Position numbers and translations under genes: made by a program
In this document: piece by piece, positions 9,354 through 18,135 of the stretch
Layout of the letters: every line of letters starts with the position of its first letter
Position numbering within the stretch: position 1 is the first letter of the stretch
Source of the DNA: Deltaproteobacteria bacterium
Lineage (GTDB): Bacteria > Myxococcota_A > Polyangia > Fen-1088
NCBI GenBank assembly: GCA_033763315.1
Contig: JANRKS010000002.1
Location: 224,001-288,000, forward strand
DNA length: 64,000 nucleotides
Reading direction: 5' to 3'
Notes under the pieces: generated by a model
Database searches by the model: none
Told to the model about the DNA's origin: nothing
Seen by the model: only the letters and a program-made list of their open reading frames with translations

Positions 9354-9922
9354 GGCCGACCTGAATCACTCCGGGAAAGCCCCGAACCTTCAGATGGATC
9401 TCCGCGTGGTGCGCCGGCACCATGCACATGGCGTCGTCCCAGCGTTGCGCCCAGCAGATATCCTCGTCGGTCCCTGCCACATACAACACAACGCGAACCG
9501 GGCAGCTCTGCCATGACGTCAAGATCGCCAGCAGCTGCTGAACGTCCTGCGCTGATGGTGCGGTCGCCACCGAGCTGCTCAGCTTGATCTCCGTGAACGC
9601 CCCCTCCTGATGGGGGCGCAGCTCCAGGGTCATGGGCGCGGGGTGCATGGGCCGATGCTGGTTGTGCATCGCCCGTCAAATTCCTGGAACCATGATCCCC
9701 CACGCGTTCTGACCGACGGCGAGCCCTCGCGGCCTGCTGTTGATCCCGATGGTCTTGCCGTCCCTCATCGCTCGCCCGGTGCTTACGCCGCGCTCTCCGG
9801 GCTGTGCGCCGACGTCCTTCACGTCGACAACCATCTCCGCAGTACAAGTGGCCACGGTCGCACCGCCGGTGCACCCAGAACTCGTTTCCGCAGTGGCCGC
9901 AACGCCGTGCTCGGATCTCCAG
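9332..9922 (-). CDS. IS-borne Cys-rich zinc-finger protein with a basic helix (start uncertain, CTG 9922 or GTG 9874)
   Basis: RRCGHCGNEFWVHRRCDRGHLYCGDGC followed by an Arg-rich helix; second CVVC near the C-terminus; lies inside the outer IS. Confidence 0.55.
   Translation of the reverse strand: MEIRARRCGHCGNEFWVHRRCDRGHLYCGDGCRREGRRRTARRARRKHRASDEGRQDHRDQQQAARARRRSERVGDHGSRNLTGDAQPASAHAPRAHDPGAAPPSGGGVHGDQAEQLGGDRTISAGRSAAAGDLDVMAELPGSRCVVCGRDRRGYLLGATLGRRHVHGAGAPRGDPSEGSGLSRSDSGRPCSLTTM
9343..9669 (-). CDS. IS-borne hypothetical protein coupled to istA
   Basis: Globular-looking sequence (QQLLAILTSWQSCPVRVVLYV...WAQRWDDAM); stop overlaps the istA start. Confidence 0.5.
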   Translation of the reverse strand: MHNQHRPMHPAPMTLELRPHQEGAFTEIKLSSSVATAPSAQDVQQLLAILTSWQSCPVRVVLYVAGTDEDICWAQRWDDAMCMVPAHHAEIHLKVRGFPGVIQVGHAR

Positions 9923-10153
9923 TCGACCTCAACGAGGTCGAAGAACTGGACGCCGCCACCAATCCGTCGCATCATCCTGGCACTACGTCAGGAGTGCGGC
10001 GCACCCGCGCTGCCCCCGAAAGGCTCGGAGCGCCAACTCCGGGCCTTTCGCCTTTTCGGCCTACGTCGCTTTCAACCTCGATGATCACCCCAAATCCGGC
10101 CAAAGATGATCACTTCAAAACCGGCCAAAGGACGGGGTCGGGACTGGCCATAT

Positions 10154-10918
10154 CTAGCCCCTGAGTTCGGCCTCCGGCAAGTTCTCTTGGCCGACCCGTG
10201 TCCGCCAGCTGCGAGGACCGCATTTGAGGACGTGGCCGTGGTGGAGGAGGCGATCGAGCATCGCGGCGACGGCGGCGGCGTCGCCGAGTACCTTGCCCCA
10301 GTCCTCCACCGGGCGGTTCGAGGTGAAGAGCGTGCTGGCGCGCTCGTACCGCCGCATGACGAGCTCGAGCAGGTCCTCAGCGGCAGTGGGCGGAAGCTTG
10401 CGCATCCCCAGATCGTCGATGATCAGCAACGGGACGGCGGCCAGCTCGGTGATGGTCTCCTTGCGGGTGCCGTCGAGTGTGGCGTCCGCGAGTTCTTCGA
10501 TCAGCGCGTGCGCCTCCCGGTATAGGACGCGGTGCCCCTGCTGAATCGCACAATGGCCGATCGCTTGCGCGAGGTGGCTCTTCCCCGTGCCTGGCGGTCC
10601 GAGCATGAGGACATCCTCATGCTTAGCGATGAAGTGGCCCGCCGCGAGCTCGTAGACGAGCCGGCGGTTCATCTTCTTGTTGAAGTCGAAATCGAAGGTG
10701 TCGAGCGTGCGGTCGGCGTCTCGGAAGTGCGCGTGCTTGGTTCGCCGTTCCAGCAACCGGTCGGCGCGGCGGCTTAGCTCGTCCGAGACCAGAATCGAGA
10801 TCAGGTCTATGGGGGCCATGCGCTCCGATTGCGCCTGCATCAGGCGGCTCTCCAACACGTTGGCCATGCCGCCCAGGCGCAGTTGCCTGAGCGCGCGATC
10901 GAGTTCGACGAGATTCAT
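10154..10918 (-). CDS. istB: IS21 helper ATPase IstB
   Basis: FDFDFN, GPPGTGKS, LLIIDDLG, TSNRPVEDW, MLDRLLHH; ATGA overlap with istA. Confidence 0.94.
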   Translation of the reverse strand: MNLVELDRALRQLRLGGMANVLESRLMQAQSERMAPIDLISILVSDELSRRADRLLERRTKHAHFRDADRTLDTFDFDFNKKMNRRLVYELAAGHFIAKHEDVLMLGPPGTGKSHLAQAIGHCAIQQGHRVLYREAHALIEELADATLDGTRKETITELAAVPLLIIDDLGMRKLPPTAAEDLLELVMRRYERASTLFTSNRPVEDWGKVLGDAAAVAAMLDRLLHHGHVLKCGPRSWRTRVGQENLPEAELRG

Positions 10919-12489
10919 CTGGTCTCCTTGGTGATGTGGTTGATGTGGTCGCGGTACAGGGTCAGTTCTCGGATCAGCGGATCGATCTGGCGCAACGCTA
11001 TTTGCGGTTGCGGCTTGCGCTCGAGGTAGCGGCGCACGAAGCGGTATTCGGGCACGCCCATCTCCAGGGCTGCTGCACACGCGTCGTCGACAGCGCTAGC
11101 ACCGTACTTCTTGATCAGCGAGCGCACTCCCAGGATGCGCTTGACGCCGACTTCGCCCATATCGCGATGGATGGCCGCGCAGAGCGCGCCCACGTGCTTG
11201 CCGGCGTGCGCGGCCATGGATAGCAGCTGCAGTGTGGTTGCGGGGGTACGGCGCGGCCTGTACTCGGGCGCCGTTCGATAACGGCCTCGTTCCTGGCGTC
11301 GGTACTCGCGCATCAGCTGTTTCGTGTGCGGGTCCATCAACCGGACGATCTGGCCGTCCCACTGCACCGGCAGCTTCTGCCCGATGTACCCGGGCGGGGC
11401 GGCGTAGTAGGCACCGTCGATTTCAACGTGGCCGTCGAGGTGCACCGCGCGCTCGCCGTACTGATAGTAGCGGAAGGGTTCGACCGGCAATGGCAACAGA
11501 GTCGGCTTCTCCTCCGCGTACATCGCCGAAACCTGGCGCTTCGTCCGACCGTGGATGCGCTTGTCAGCCCACTGCTCGTCCCACCGATCGAGGTAAGCCT
11601 GAGCTTCTTCGATGGTCTCGAATCGCTGTCCTTTGAGCGGCGTGCGCTGCGTGTGCCCGATGGCAGACTCGACCTTGCCCTTGCGATCCGGATCGCCCAC
11701 GCGGCAGGGCAGCGCCACGGCACCGTAGTGCTTCAGCACGTCGGCGAACAGCGGATTGATCGTCGGGTCGTAGACGTCTGGCCGAAGCACGCCCTCGCGA
11801 AGATTGTCGAGCACGATCACACGTGGCACGCCTCCAAGGCGCCGGAAAGCTTGCTCGTGCAGCTCCGCCCAGGCGCGCGAGCTCGAGCGCCACACAAGCA
11901 GGCGCACGGCCTTGCGACTATGCGCCAACGTGAGCACGAACAGCCGTGTCCGCCGGTACTTGCCCGTCTCGGTGCTGCGGACCATCGGACCCTCGCCGTA
12001 ATCGACTTGGCCCTCTTGCCCGGGTTCGGTCTCGATCGGGACGTGCGCTTCGTGGGGCTGCCCGGGTCCGCGCAGCTTTCGCACGAACCGCATCACGCTG
12101 GGGTAGCGGCCCCGAAACCCGTAGTCGCTCACCAGGTCCTGGTAGATGGCCATCGCGTTGCGGCCGCGCTCGACAGCCAACTCGATGACGTCACGGTGGA
12201 TTTCACAAGCGCTCGTGCTTGGCGATCGACTGGGTGGCCGCGGTTCGGAGCCGGTGATCACCTCTATGGCCGGTTTTGCCTCAGGGCCGGTGATCACCTC
12301 TATGGCCGGTTTTGCCGGTGCGTGTCCCCAACGGCCCGGCCCCCGGACGGCTATACCGGCCGCCTTCAGGTAGGCGCTGGCCGTTTCGCGCCGTACGCCG
12401 GTGGCCTCCTCGATTCGCCGGAGGCTCCATCCCAGTCGCCCCAGCGCCTGGACCTGCTGCTGCTTATCTGTGCTCAAGACGTTGCCCAT
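10915..12489 (-). CDS. istA: IS21 transposase IstA
   Basis: EGQVDYG, IVLDNL, KGKVESAI, HVEIDGAYY. Confidence 0.94.
   Translation of the reverse strand: MGNVLSTDKQQQVQALGRLGWSLRRIEEATGVRRETASAYLKAAGIAVRGPGRWGHAPAKPAIEVITGPEAKPAIEVITGSEPRPPSRSPSTSACEIHRDVIELAVERGRNAMAIYQDLVSDYGFRGRYPSVMRFVRKLRGPGQPHEAHVPIETEPGQEGQVDYGEGPMVRSTETGKYRRTRLFVLTLAHSRKAVRLLVWRSSSRAWAELHEQAFRRLGGVPRVIVLDNLREGVLRPDVYDPTINPLFADVLKHYGAVALPCRVGDPDRKGKVESAIGHTQRTPLKGQRFETIEEAQAYLDRWDEQWADKRIHGRTKRQVSAMYAEEKPTLLPLPVEPFRYYQYGERAVHLDGHVEIDGAYYAAPPGYIGQKLPVQWDGQIVRLMDPHTKQLMREYRRQERGRYRTAPEYRPRRTPATTLQLLSMAAHAGKHVGALCAAIHRDMGEVGVKRILGVRSLIKKYGASAVDDACAAALEMGVPEYRFVRRYLERKPQPQIALRQIDPLIRELTLYRDHINHITKETR
12250..12316. repeat. 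Perfect 31-bp direct repeat (period 36) inside istA
   Basis: GCCGGTGATCACCTCTATGGCCGGTTTTGCC at 12250-12280 and 12286-12316; encodes AKPAIEVITG twice. Confidence 0.95.
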
Positions 12490-12706
12490 TCCGGGCGGGC
12501 GGACCACGGTCCACCCACCCTCGTCAACGTCCCGAACCCCGCTACTCCCTTTGGCCGGTTTTCAGGTGATCATCTATGGCCGCTTTTGGGTGATCACCGA
12601 GGCTTTCAAGCCTCAGCCCGGACCGCAAATAGCGCCAGTTTTACGCCAGGGCCCCGGGCACCGGTGATCTCGCCGGAAGTGGTACCCAAGCAAGCCGTTG
12701 GCGACA

Positions 12707-12928
12707 GAGGACGTGCGCTTCTTGAAGACCTCGCGCGGTCTGCGCTTCTACTTGTACACAAAGGATGGGGCGGCGGGCTACATCGCGCCCGCATGCCGAA
12801 ATGGCCCCGATGCGGCGCTGGAATACTCCGTCGCGATCGCCCCCGCCTCATCGGTGGACGACGCGGAGGTTGGGGCCTACCTCGCGCTCATTCGCGCCTT
12901 GCTCATCGTGCAACCGCGCGAAGATTAG
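12707..12928 (+). pseudogene. 3' part of the IS-interrupted lipoprotein gene starting at 6329
   Basis: EDVRFLKTSRGLRFYLY...QPRED* is in frame with the 5' part across the TSD. Confidence 0.75.
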
Positions 12929-14024
12929 CGAGCGCGTCATAATCGCTCTTGAGGGCGCCGGTCGCTGGATCCCAACACATGACCGTCCGATCGCGCCGGA
13001 TCGCGCACGCGTGGTCTCGACCGACCGTCAGTTCCTCGAAGGGCCCCTTATCGGCGAGCACAACCGCCCTGCCCAGGACCACACACGCAATTTGGCCGAC
13101 CATGGTCAATGCGCACACTGTGTCGGAGTCGCTGGCGCCGACCACATCGATGTACGTCGGGTTCCTCGGGAAAGCATCACCAATGCCCGAGATTGCGCCC
13201 CAGCATTGGATCTTCCCTTCAGCCGTCGCGCCGCAGGCATTGTTCTTCGATGCACCGATCGAGACGAACTGGCCATTGGGCGCTTCCCCGGGCGCCTTGC
13301 CCCAGCAGACAGGGCGTCCGCCCGCTTCAAGGACGCACACAAACTCCCTACCGGCGGCGATGCTCCGGAAGCCCGTGCCATCAGGTACATCGCCCAAGAT
13401 TGGTGAGCTCGCGGGCAAGCTATCGCCCCAGCAGGCGAGGCGACCCTGCGTGGACACAGCACACGCGTAGCTCGGGGTGGTCGAATCGCCACCTATCGTG
13501 ACCCGCGAGAAGGACATCGGCGGGATCGCGCGGTTCAGGTCGTCCAACACCCCAGCGGTGCTAGCGGTGCAACGGAGCGCACCACCCCTCGCTAGGCCGC
13601 AGATCTGTCGATGGCCCGCATATATCTGCGAGGCATTCATGAGCGCGTCGCTGGAGGCCGTGCCTCCGAATCGTGGCCCGACACATGAAACACTTGCGTC
13701 TTCGGTGACAACACAGACGAAGCCGTCGCCAGCCGCGATTCGCGCGCCGGCGGCCATTGGTATCGGGGTGGTGCCACCTGCTCCCGCGACGCCCCCTCCA
13801 GAGTCACCTTGATTTGGGCCACCATCCGTCCCGCTTCCACCACTGCCGCCAGCGCCAGCTGTCCCTCCGGCGGGCGCCACCCCACCCAACATCGCGTCGG
13901 GCGATTGCGTGTTCGTGTCCCCGGACTCGCACGAGGCTGAGACCACGACGAGACAGACCGTCAACGAAAGCGCGCCTTCGGCTAGCGTTGAAGAAATGCG
14001 TTCCCTGCTTCGCTCTATGATCAT
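12903..14024 (-). CDS. Lipoprotein with RCC1/BLIP-II-like beta-propeller repeats
   Basis: SASC lipobox, Gly-rich linker, repeated IAAG..F/HVC...G...CWG units. Confidence 0.75.
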   Translation of the reverse strand: MIIERSRERISSTLAEGALSLTVCLVVVSASCESGDTNTQSPDAMLGGVAPAGGTAGAGGSGGSGTDGGPNQGDSGGGVAGAGGTTPIPMAAGARIAAGDGFVCVVTEDASVSCVGPRFGGTASSDALMNASQIYAGHRQICGLARGGALRCTASTAGVLDDLNRAIPPMSFSRVTIGGDSTTPSYACAVSTQGRLACWGDSLPASSPILGDVPDGTGFRSIAAGREFVCVLEAGGRPVCWGKAPGEAPNGQFVSIGASKNNACGATAEGKIQCWGAISGIGDAFPRNPTYIDVVGASDSDTVCALTMVGQIACVVLGRAVVLADKGPFEELTVGRDHACAIRRDRTVMCWDPATGALKSDYDALANLRAVAR

Positions 14025-14869
14025 GGATGAGCCAAAATGTTGCGGGCCATCAATCGCAGATCTTCCGAGGCATCGTAGCTTGCCACGGACTGGAGCGAAT
14101 CGCGAAGCACGCCAGGTTTCTCTAACCACCACGTCCCTACCACCTGCACGGCGCGCGCGCGCACTGATTGCTCCGGTTCCGTGGTTATCAGAATGCCAAG
14201 CGCAGCCTCCAAGACCTGCGATGGGGCCCGCTCCAGCATCGCCTCGACCGCCCCGCGTCGCACGGCCGGCGAGGTGTCGCCCAGCGCCCGCGCCAGCAGT
14301 CGGTCGCCATCATCCCCCTCAACTCGCCGGATCGCGTTCGCAGCCGCCGCTCTGACGTTCGGGGACGGATCGCCAAGGCTGCGTTCGAGATGGGGCAGTG
14401 AATCCGGGTGGCCGGCATTCCCCAGGGCGACCAAGGCACGTTCGCGAATACGTTCCTCCTGGCTGGTCGTCAAGGTATTCAACAGCTCATTGAGCCCGCG
14501 GCCAGCGAGAGCCGGATCGTCCTTTCTAAGGCGATAGACGTTCGATCCGACGCCGTAGGTCGCCTGTACTCCCATCTGGGGATCGTCGCGCAGCGCTACC
14601 AGCGCGTCCAGCGTCTTCTCCGTGGGATGCGAAACATGACTCAGTCCTCGCGCGGCTTGCGCCCTCGTGCCTCGAGAGAGGTTGACATCAGCCGCCAAGG
14701 CAGCGAGCGCCGCCTCCAGCGCCCGCGCGCGGCGCCGAAGCCGGCGAACCGCCGGCACCTCCTCGACGGAAACGTCCACATGGAACTCGACCGGTCGGCC
14801 GTCCAGGGTGCGTACCATCTGCCGGTAGGCACCTTTGCCCGGGTCGTTTCGTTCGCTTTTCTTCGTCAT
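14021..14869 (-). CDS. HEAT/PBS-lyase repeat protein (possibly chimeric or truncated)
   Basis: ALVALGNAGHP, LGDPSPNVRAAAANAI, LGDTSPAVRRGAV; ATGA overlap with the RCC1-like gene. Confidence 0.7.
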   Translation of the reverse strand: MTKKSERNDPGKGAYRQMVRTLDGRPVEFHVDVSVEEVPAVRRLRRRARALEAALAALAADVNLSRGTRAQAARGLSHVSHPTEKTLDALVALRDDPQMGVQATYGVGSNVYRLRKDDPALAGRGLNELLNTLTTSQEERIRERALVALGNAGHPDSLPHLERSLGDPSPNVRAAAANAIRRVEGDDGDRLLARALGDTSPAVRRGAVEAMLERAPSQVLEAALGILITTEPEQSVRARAVQVVGTWWLEKPGVLRDSLQSVASYDASEDLRLMARNILAHP

Positions 14870-14922
14870 GAGTTCGGGAACCCGAACCTATGATACCGAT
14901 CCCGCGGGTAGGGTCAACGGCA

Positions 14923-15288
14923 ATGTCTCGCCCCGCCGGACGCAAGCCGGCGCCCCGCCACCGCAAGAAGCCCGACCCACTGGCGCAAGCCGTGGGCAGC
15001 CGCGTTTCCGCCCTGCGAAAGCAGGCCGGGTTCAACTTCGATGCGTTCGTCGAGGAGACCGGCCTTGGTCGTGGCTACATCTCGGAGCTCGAGCGGGGCC
15101 TGGTCGTGCCTGGGTTACATGCCCTCGCCAAGCTGGCCGGCGCGCTGAACGTGTCCATGTCCGATCTGGTCGCCGGGGACTCACCCCGGGATGAGCTCTA
15201 CGAGCTGACGAGGGGCCTTCCTGACGCCGAGGTGAAGCGCCTCATCGAACACATCCGCAAGGTTCGGGACGGGGGGCGTCCCCGCTGA
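14923..15288 (+). CDS. XRE-family HTH regulator
   Basis: VGSRVSALRKQAG...GLGRGYISELERGLVVPGLHALAKLAGAL. Confidence 0.85.
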   Translation: MSRPAGRKPAPRHRKKPDPLAQAVGSRVSALRKQAGFNFDAFVEETGLGRGYISELERGLVVPGLHALAKLAGALNVSMSDLVAGDSPRDELYELTRGLPDAEVKRLIEHIRKVRDGGRPR

Positions 15289-15393
15289 GCTGGACCCAAA
15301 GATGCGGGGGCTCGGACCCAATAGGGGATGCCGAAATCGGCAGGCGGAACACGGCGTAACTCTACGGCGATAAGGTTGGTGAGCTCGAGAGAG

Positions 15394-15792
15394 TCACCCT
15401 TGTCGATTTGCCCGCCGCCTTGGCCCTGGCCCCAGTTTGAGCCGCTGCACCAGCCCCGACACGAGCTGTAGGTCGGCTTCGTCGAGGTCCTTCGCGTCCT
15501 GGGCGATCTGCCGAACGAGCTGAGCGGGCGTTGGCGGTGTCGGGGACTCCGCCGATGCCTTGTCCTCGGCAAGGAGCTGCCACGGCGCCACCTCCAGCGC
15601 CTGGGCGAGGCGGGCCAGCACAGTCAGCGAGCACTGGCGGGAGCCGACCTCCAGGTGCGCCAGGAACGCCGCCGAAACGCTGGCCACCTCGGCCAGACCC
15701 TCCTGCGAGTACCCGAGGTTCTTGCGAAGCTGACTAATGCGGCGCCCCATAGCGCGTAGCAGGGGGCCGTGCGCGGGCTCGGCCTTTGGCAC
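15394..15792 (-). CDS. XRE-family HTH regulator
   Basis: MGRRISQLRKNLGYSQEGLAEVASVSAAFLAHLEVGSRQCSL. Confidence 0.85.
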   Translation of the reverse strand: MPKAEPAHGPLLRAMGRRISQLRKNLGYSQEGLAEVASVSAAFLAHLEVGSRQCSLTVLARLAQALEVAPWQLLAEDKASAESPTPPTPAQLVRQIAQDAKDLDEADLQLVSGLVQRLKLGPGPRRRANRQG

Positions 15793-15922
15793 GCCTTCGG
15801 ACTAACAGCGCCCTGTCTGTCCGGCCATGGTGCTATTGACAGTTAACTGTCTGCAGAGCCAACATGCGGCCGAAGCCCACGGGTAGGGCCAGGGCTCTGG
15901 AACACAGGAGGCAAGAAAATCC

Positions 15923-16417
15923 ATGGACACGAAGTCTTTGTTGGCGGGCCTGTCACTGCTGACCGCCGGGTGCGCGACGATCTTCTCGGGCACCTCGCAG
16001 AACGTCACCGTCCAGTCCACGCCGGCCGGCGCGCGCGCTCGGGTCATGATCGACGGGGCGGTGGCGAACGAGATCGCCACGCCGGCTGTGGTCAAGCTGG
16101 CCAAGGGTCAGAAGGTCACAATTGAGGTGAGCGCCGAGGGCTACATGCCCGCGCGCATCGACCTCGAGAAGAGCATCAACGGCTGGTACTGGGTTGACGT
16201 CTTCACGCTCAACCTCGTGGGGATTGCCGTCGACCTCGGGACAGGGGCGTGGGCGAACTACGACGATCAGGTCTTCGTCACCTTGACGAAGGTGCCAGTC
16301 GGCAACGAGGAAGGGCGGTCGCCGGCGGTCTACGTGGCCGTCGATCTGAAGAACGCGAATACCGGGAGATGGGAGCGCGGGCTCTTGCCGCTACAGCCGG
16401 CGCAAGCCGGGCCGTGA
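15923..16417 (+). CDS. PEGA-like domain lipoprotein
   Basis: LTAGCATIFSGTSQNVTVQSTPAGARA...VDLGTGAW; CAGGAGG SD. Confidence 0.75.
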   Translation: MDTKSLLAGLSLLTAGCATIFSGTSQNVTVQSTPAGARARVMIDGAVANEIATPAVVKLAKGQKVTIEVSAEGYMPARIDLEKSINGWYWVDVFTLNLVGIAVDLGTGAWANYDDQVFVTLTKVPVGNEEGRSPAVYVAVDLKNANTGRWERGLLPLQPAQAGP

Positions 16418-16459
16418 CCGATCTGGGCTGTACACGTCGTTCCCCGGCGCGCGCGCGCC

Positions 16460-16762
16460 TTGCACGCGTTTTCCACTGGACGGCCCTACTCGAGCGCGCA
16501 TCATAATTTCGCCGCCGTCGCCGCCATGTTGCAGATCGAAACCGCCGAGAGCGCCAAGCTCGAGTCCACGCCGTGGGCAGTGTTGGTCCGAGCGCTCTTC
16601 AATTGGCGTCTCGTGGCGGAAGCCCAGGCCGAGTTGGCGTCCTGCGGGGATCGGCCGTTGGATGCCACCGAGATCTCGGCACTGGTCAATCGGCATGGGC
16701 TTTCGCTCGATCCGGCCGCCAGCGCCGAGCCTGTTGTCGTGCTGGAACCGCCCCTCGAGTGA
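16460..16762 (+). CDS. Hypothetical protein
   Basis: ORF filling the gap between the lipoprotein gene and the convergent E1 gene; no motif recognised. Confidence 0.35.
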   Translation: MHAFSTGRPYSSAHHNFAAVAAMLQIETAESAKLESTPWAVLVRALFNWRLVAEAQAELASCGDRPLDATEISALVNRHGLSLDPAASAEPVVVLEPPLE

Positions 16763-16804
16763 GGGGCGCGCTCTCCGGCGAGCGCGGCCGGCTTCGCCCC
16801 GACC

Positions 16805-18127
16805 TCAGCCATCGGAGGCGCGGCCGCAGATCGTGCATGCCGAGCTGCCAGCTAGCCGATTGCGCCGAACGGTTCCGTCGCTGAATGAAAACGCAAGGCG
16901 CTGTGGGGGCGGGGCCGACGCTGCGAAGCCAGTCACGATCCGCAAGAACTCGATGACAGCGGCACTGGCGACGGCCGCGTTGAACGCGATGACGCTGGGC
17001 TGCGCGACGCCCGCTCCCTCGATGTAGCCCGCCCTGACTTCCTCTTCCCGTTCTGCCTGTGAGAGTGCCTCGACCCTGATGCGTTCCGGGTCGAGGTGGC
17101 CCCAGCACGCGAGACAGGGCTTGCCCGGGCCAACGACAACCACCCTGCCGGAATCACCGATGAGAGCCCCGGAGTCGTCGACCCGGAACGCCGTCCCCAT
17201 ATCAATCACGGGCACGAGCGCATCGTAGGCCAGTCGGTTCAGCAACGCGCGCGGCGAATGTGTGTCGACGCATGAGAAGACGACGTCGCACCCGCGGAGC
17301 AGCGCCAGCTCCGCCTCTCCCGCCAGCGCACGCGGCACGGCCTGGTGTTTGACGGAAAGCCCGAGCTCGTCGATATATCGGGTCGCGACATCGACCTTCC
17401 TCGCGTGGCCGGCATCCTTCAGGCGGGCGCCCACGATCCGTGGCACGTTGCTGTCCTCGACGACGTCGGCGTCGAGCAACACCAGCTCTCCCACCCCGAG
17501 GTGGGCGAGCTGGGCGGCTACCAGCGAGCCCGTTCCGCCCAGGCCTACGATCCCGACTCGCGACAGGCGTAGTGCCGCCTGGCCCTGCTCGCCAAGGGCC
17601 AAAGCTTGGCGATGAAACCAAGCGTTGGCCTTAGTGGGAAGTCCCGTCCCCAGGGTGCGAATCGTCGCCCCCACGGTGCGCAAGCCAACGGCAGATGGGC
17701 TCCCGCTATGATCGAAGCATCTGGCGGCCGCCATCGCTGGGGCAGCCAGTACGACGGACCCGTGGTCAACCCCGGGGATTCGCGCAGCGAATGCCGGCAT
17801 GAGGCGCGCGTCCCCTTGGTCGTCGGCCCATGAGAACTGGGCCGATCCTGCGCCCGGGTGGGTATGGACAGTGAAGACGCTCCAGCCGTGGTCCCGCGCG
17901 GGCCTCGTCAACCTGTTGAGCGCCACGGGATCGATCCGAATCTGGTCGTGGGCGCGGATGACGTAGGCGGGTTCAGGGACAACGAACGCACGCTCAACGA
18001 CCAACACGTCTCGCTCCATGGCTGCCAGCTTGCGGGCAAACAGGAGCCCCGCAGTTTCGACATCGAGGCGGGCGAGCATGTCGGATATGAATGAGCTCCA
18101 CGCGTCTTCTCCGATCTTTAGGATCAT
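16805..18127 (-). CDS. JAB/MPN peptidase fused to a ThiF/E1-like adenylyltransferase
   Basis: JAB: ETAG...HTHPG...FSWAD; E1: RQALAL, GLGGTGS, DADVVEDSNVPR, SCVD, Zn sites CLAC and CTIC; ATG 18127 is 8 bp after the upstream stop. Confidence 0.88.
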   Translation of the reverse strand: MILKIGEDAWSSFISDMLARLDVETAGLLFARKLAAMERDVLVVERAFVVPEPAYVIRAHDQIRIDPVALNRLTRPARDHGWSVFTVHTHPGAGSAQFSWADDQGDARLMPAFAARIPGVDHGSVVLAAPAMAAARCFDHSGSPSAVGLRTVGATIRTLGTGLPTKANAWFHRQALALGEQGQAALRLSRVGIVGLGGTGSLVAAQLAHLGVGELVLLDADVVEDSNVPRIVGARLKDAGHARKVDVATRYIDELGLSVKHQAVPRALAGEAELALLRGCDVVFSCVDTHSPRALLNRLAYDALVPVIDMGTAFRVDDSGALIGDSGRVVVVGPGKPCLACWGHLDPERIRVEALSQAEREEEVRAGYIEGAGVAQPSVIAFNAAVASAAVIEFLRIVTGFAASAPPPQRLAFSFSDGTVRRNRLAGSSACTICGRASDG

Positions 18128-18135
18128 GGTTGCAC

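Larger units (their letters stand above)
10076..12602 (-). mobile_element. IS21-family element (inner, nested), 2527 bp
   Basis: IRs CCTCG(A/G)TGATCACCC..AA..CGGCCA.AGATGATCAC.T.AAAACCGGCCAAAGG at both ends; 7-bp TSD CTTTCAA at 10069-10075 and 12603-12609. Confidence 0.93.
6872..12706 (-). mobile_element. IS21-family element (outer) carrying two accessory ORFs and a nested IS21
   Basis: Terminal IRs TGTCGCC(G/A)ACGG...GGGTACCACTTCCG..G(G/A)GATCACCGGTG at both ends; 6-bp TSD GAGGAC at 6866-6871 and 12707-12712. Confidence 0.92.

Noticed and set aside
12250-12316. 31-bp direct repeats as a mini CRISPR array
   Set aside because: Only two copies with a 5-bp spacer, in frame within istA, and no cas genes
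11326-12942. 538-aa + strand ORF (and similar long ORFs at 19898-21292, 22626-24350, 45-1037)
   Set aside because: Antisense shadows of well-supported genes in high-GC DNA, with no recognisable motifs
16805-18127. ThiF/MoeB for thiamine or molybdopterin synthesis (thiC is in the window)
   Set aside because: Fused to JAB and adjacent to Ubl-E2 on an island about 37 kb from thiC, with no thiS/thiG/moaD context
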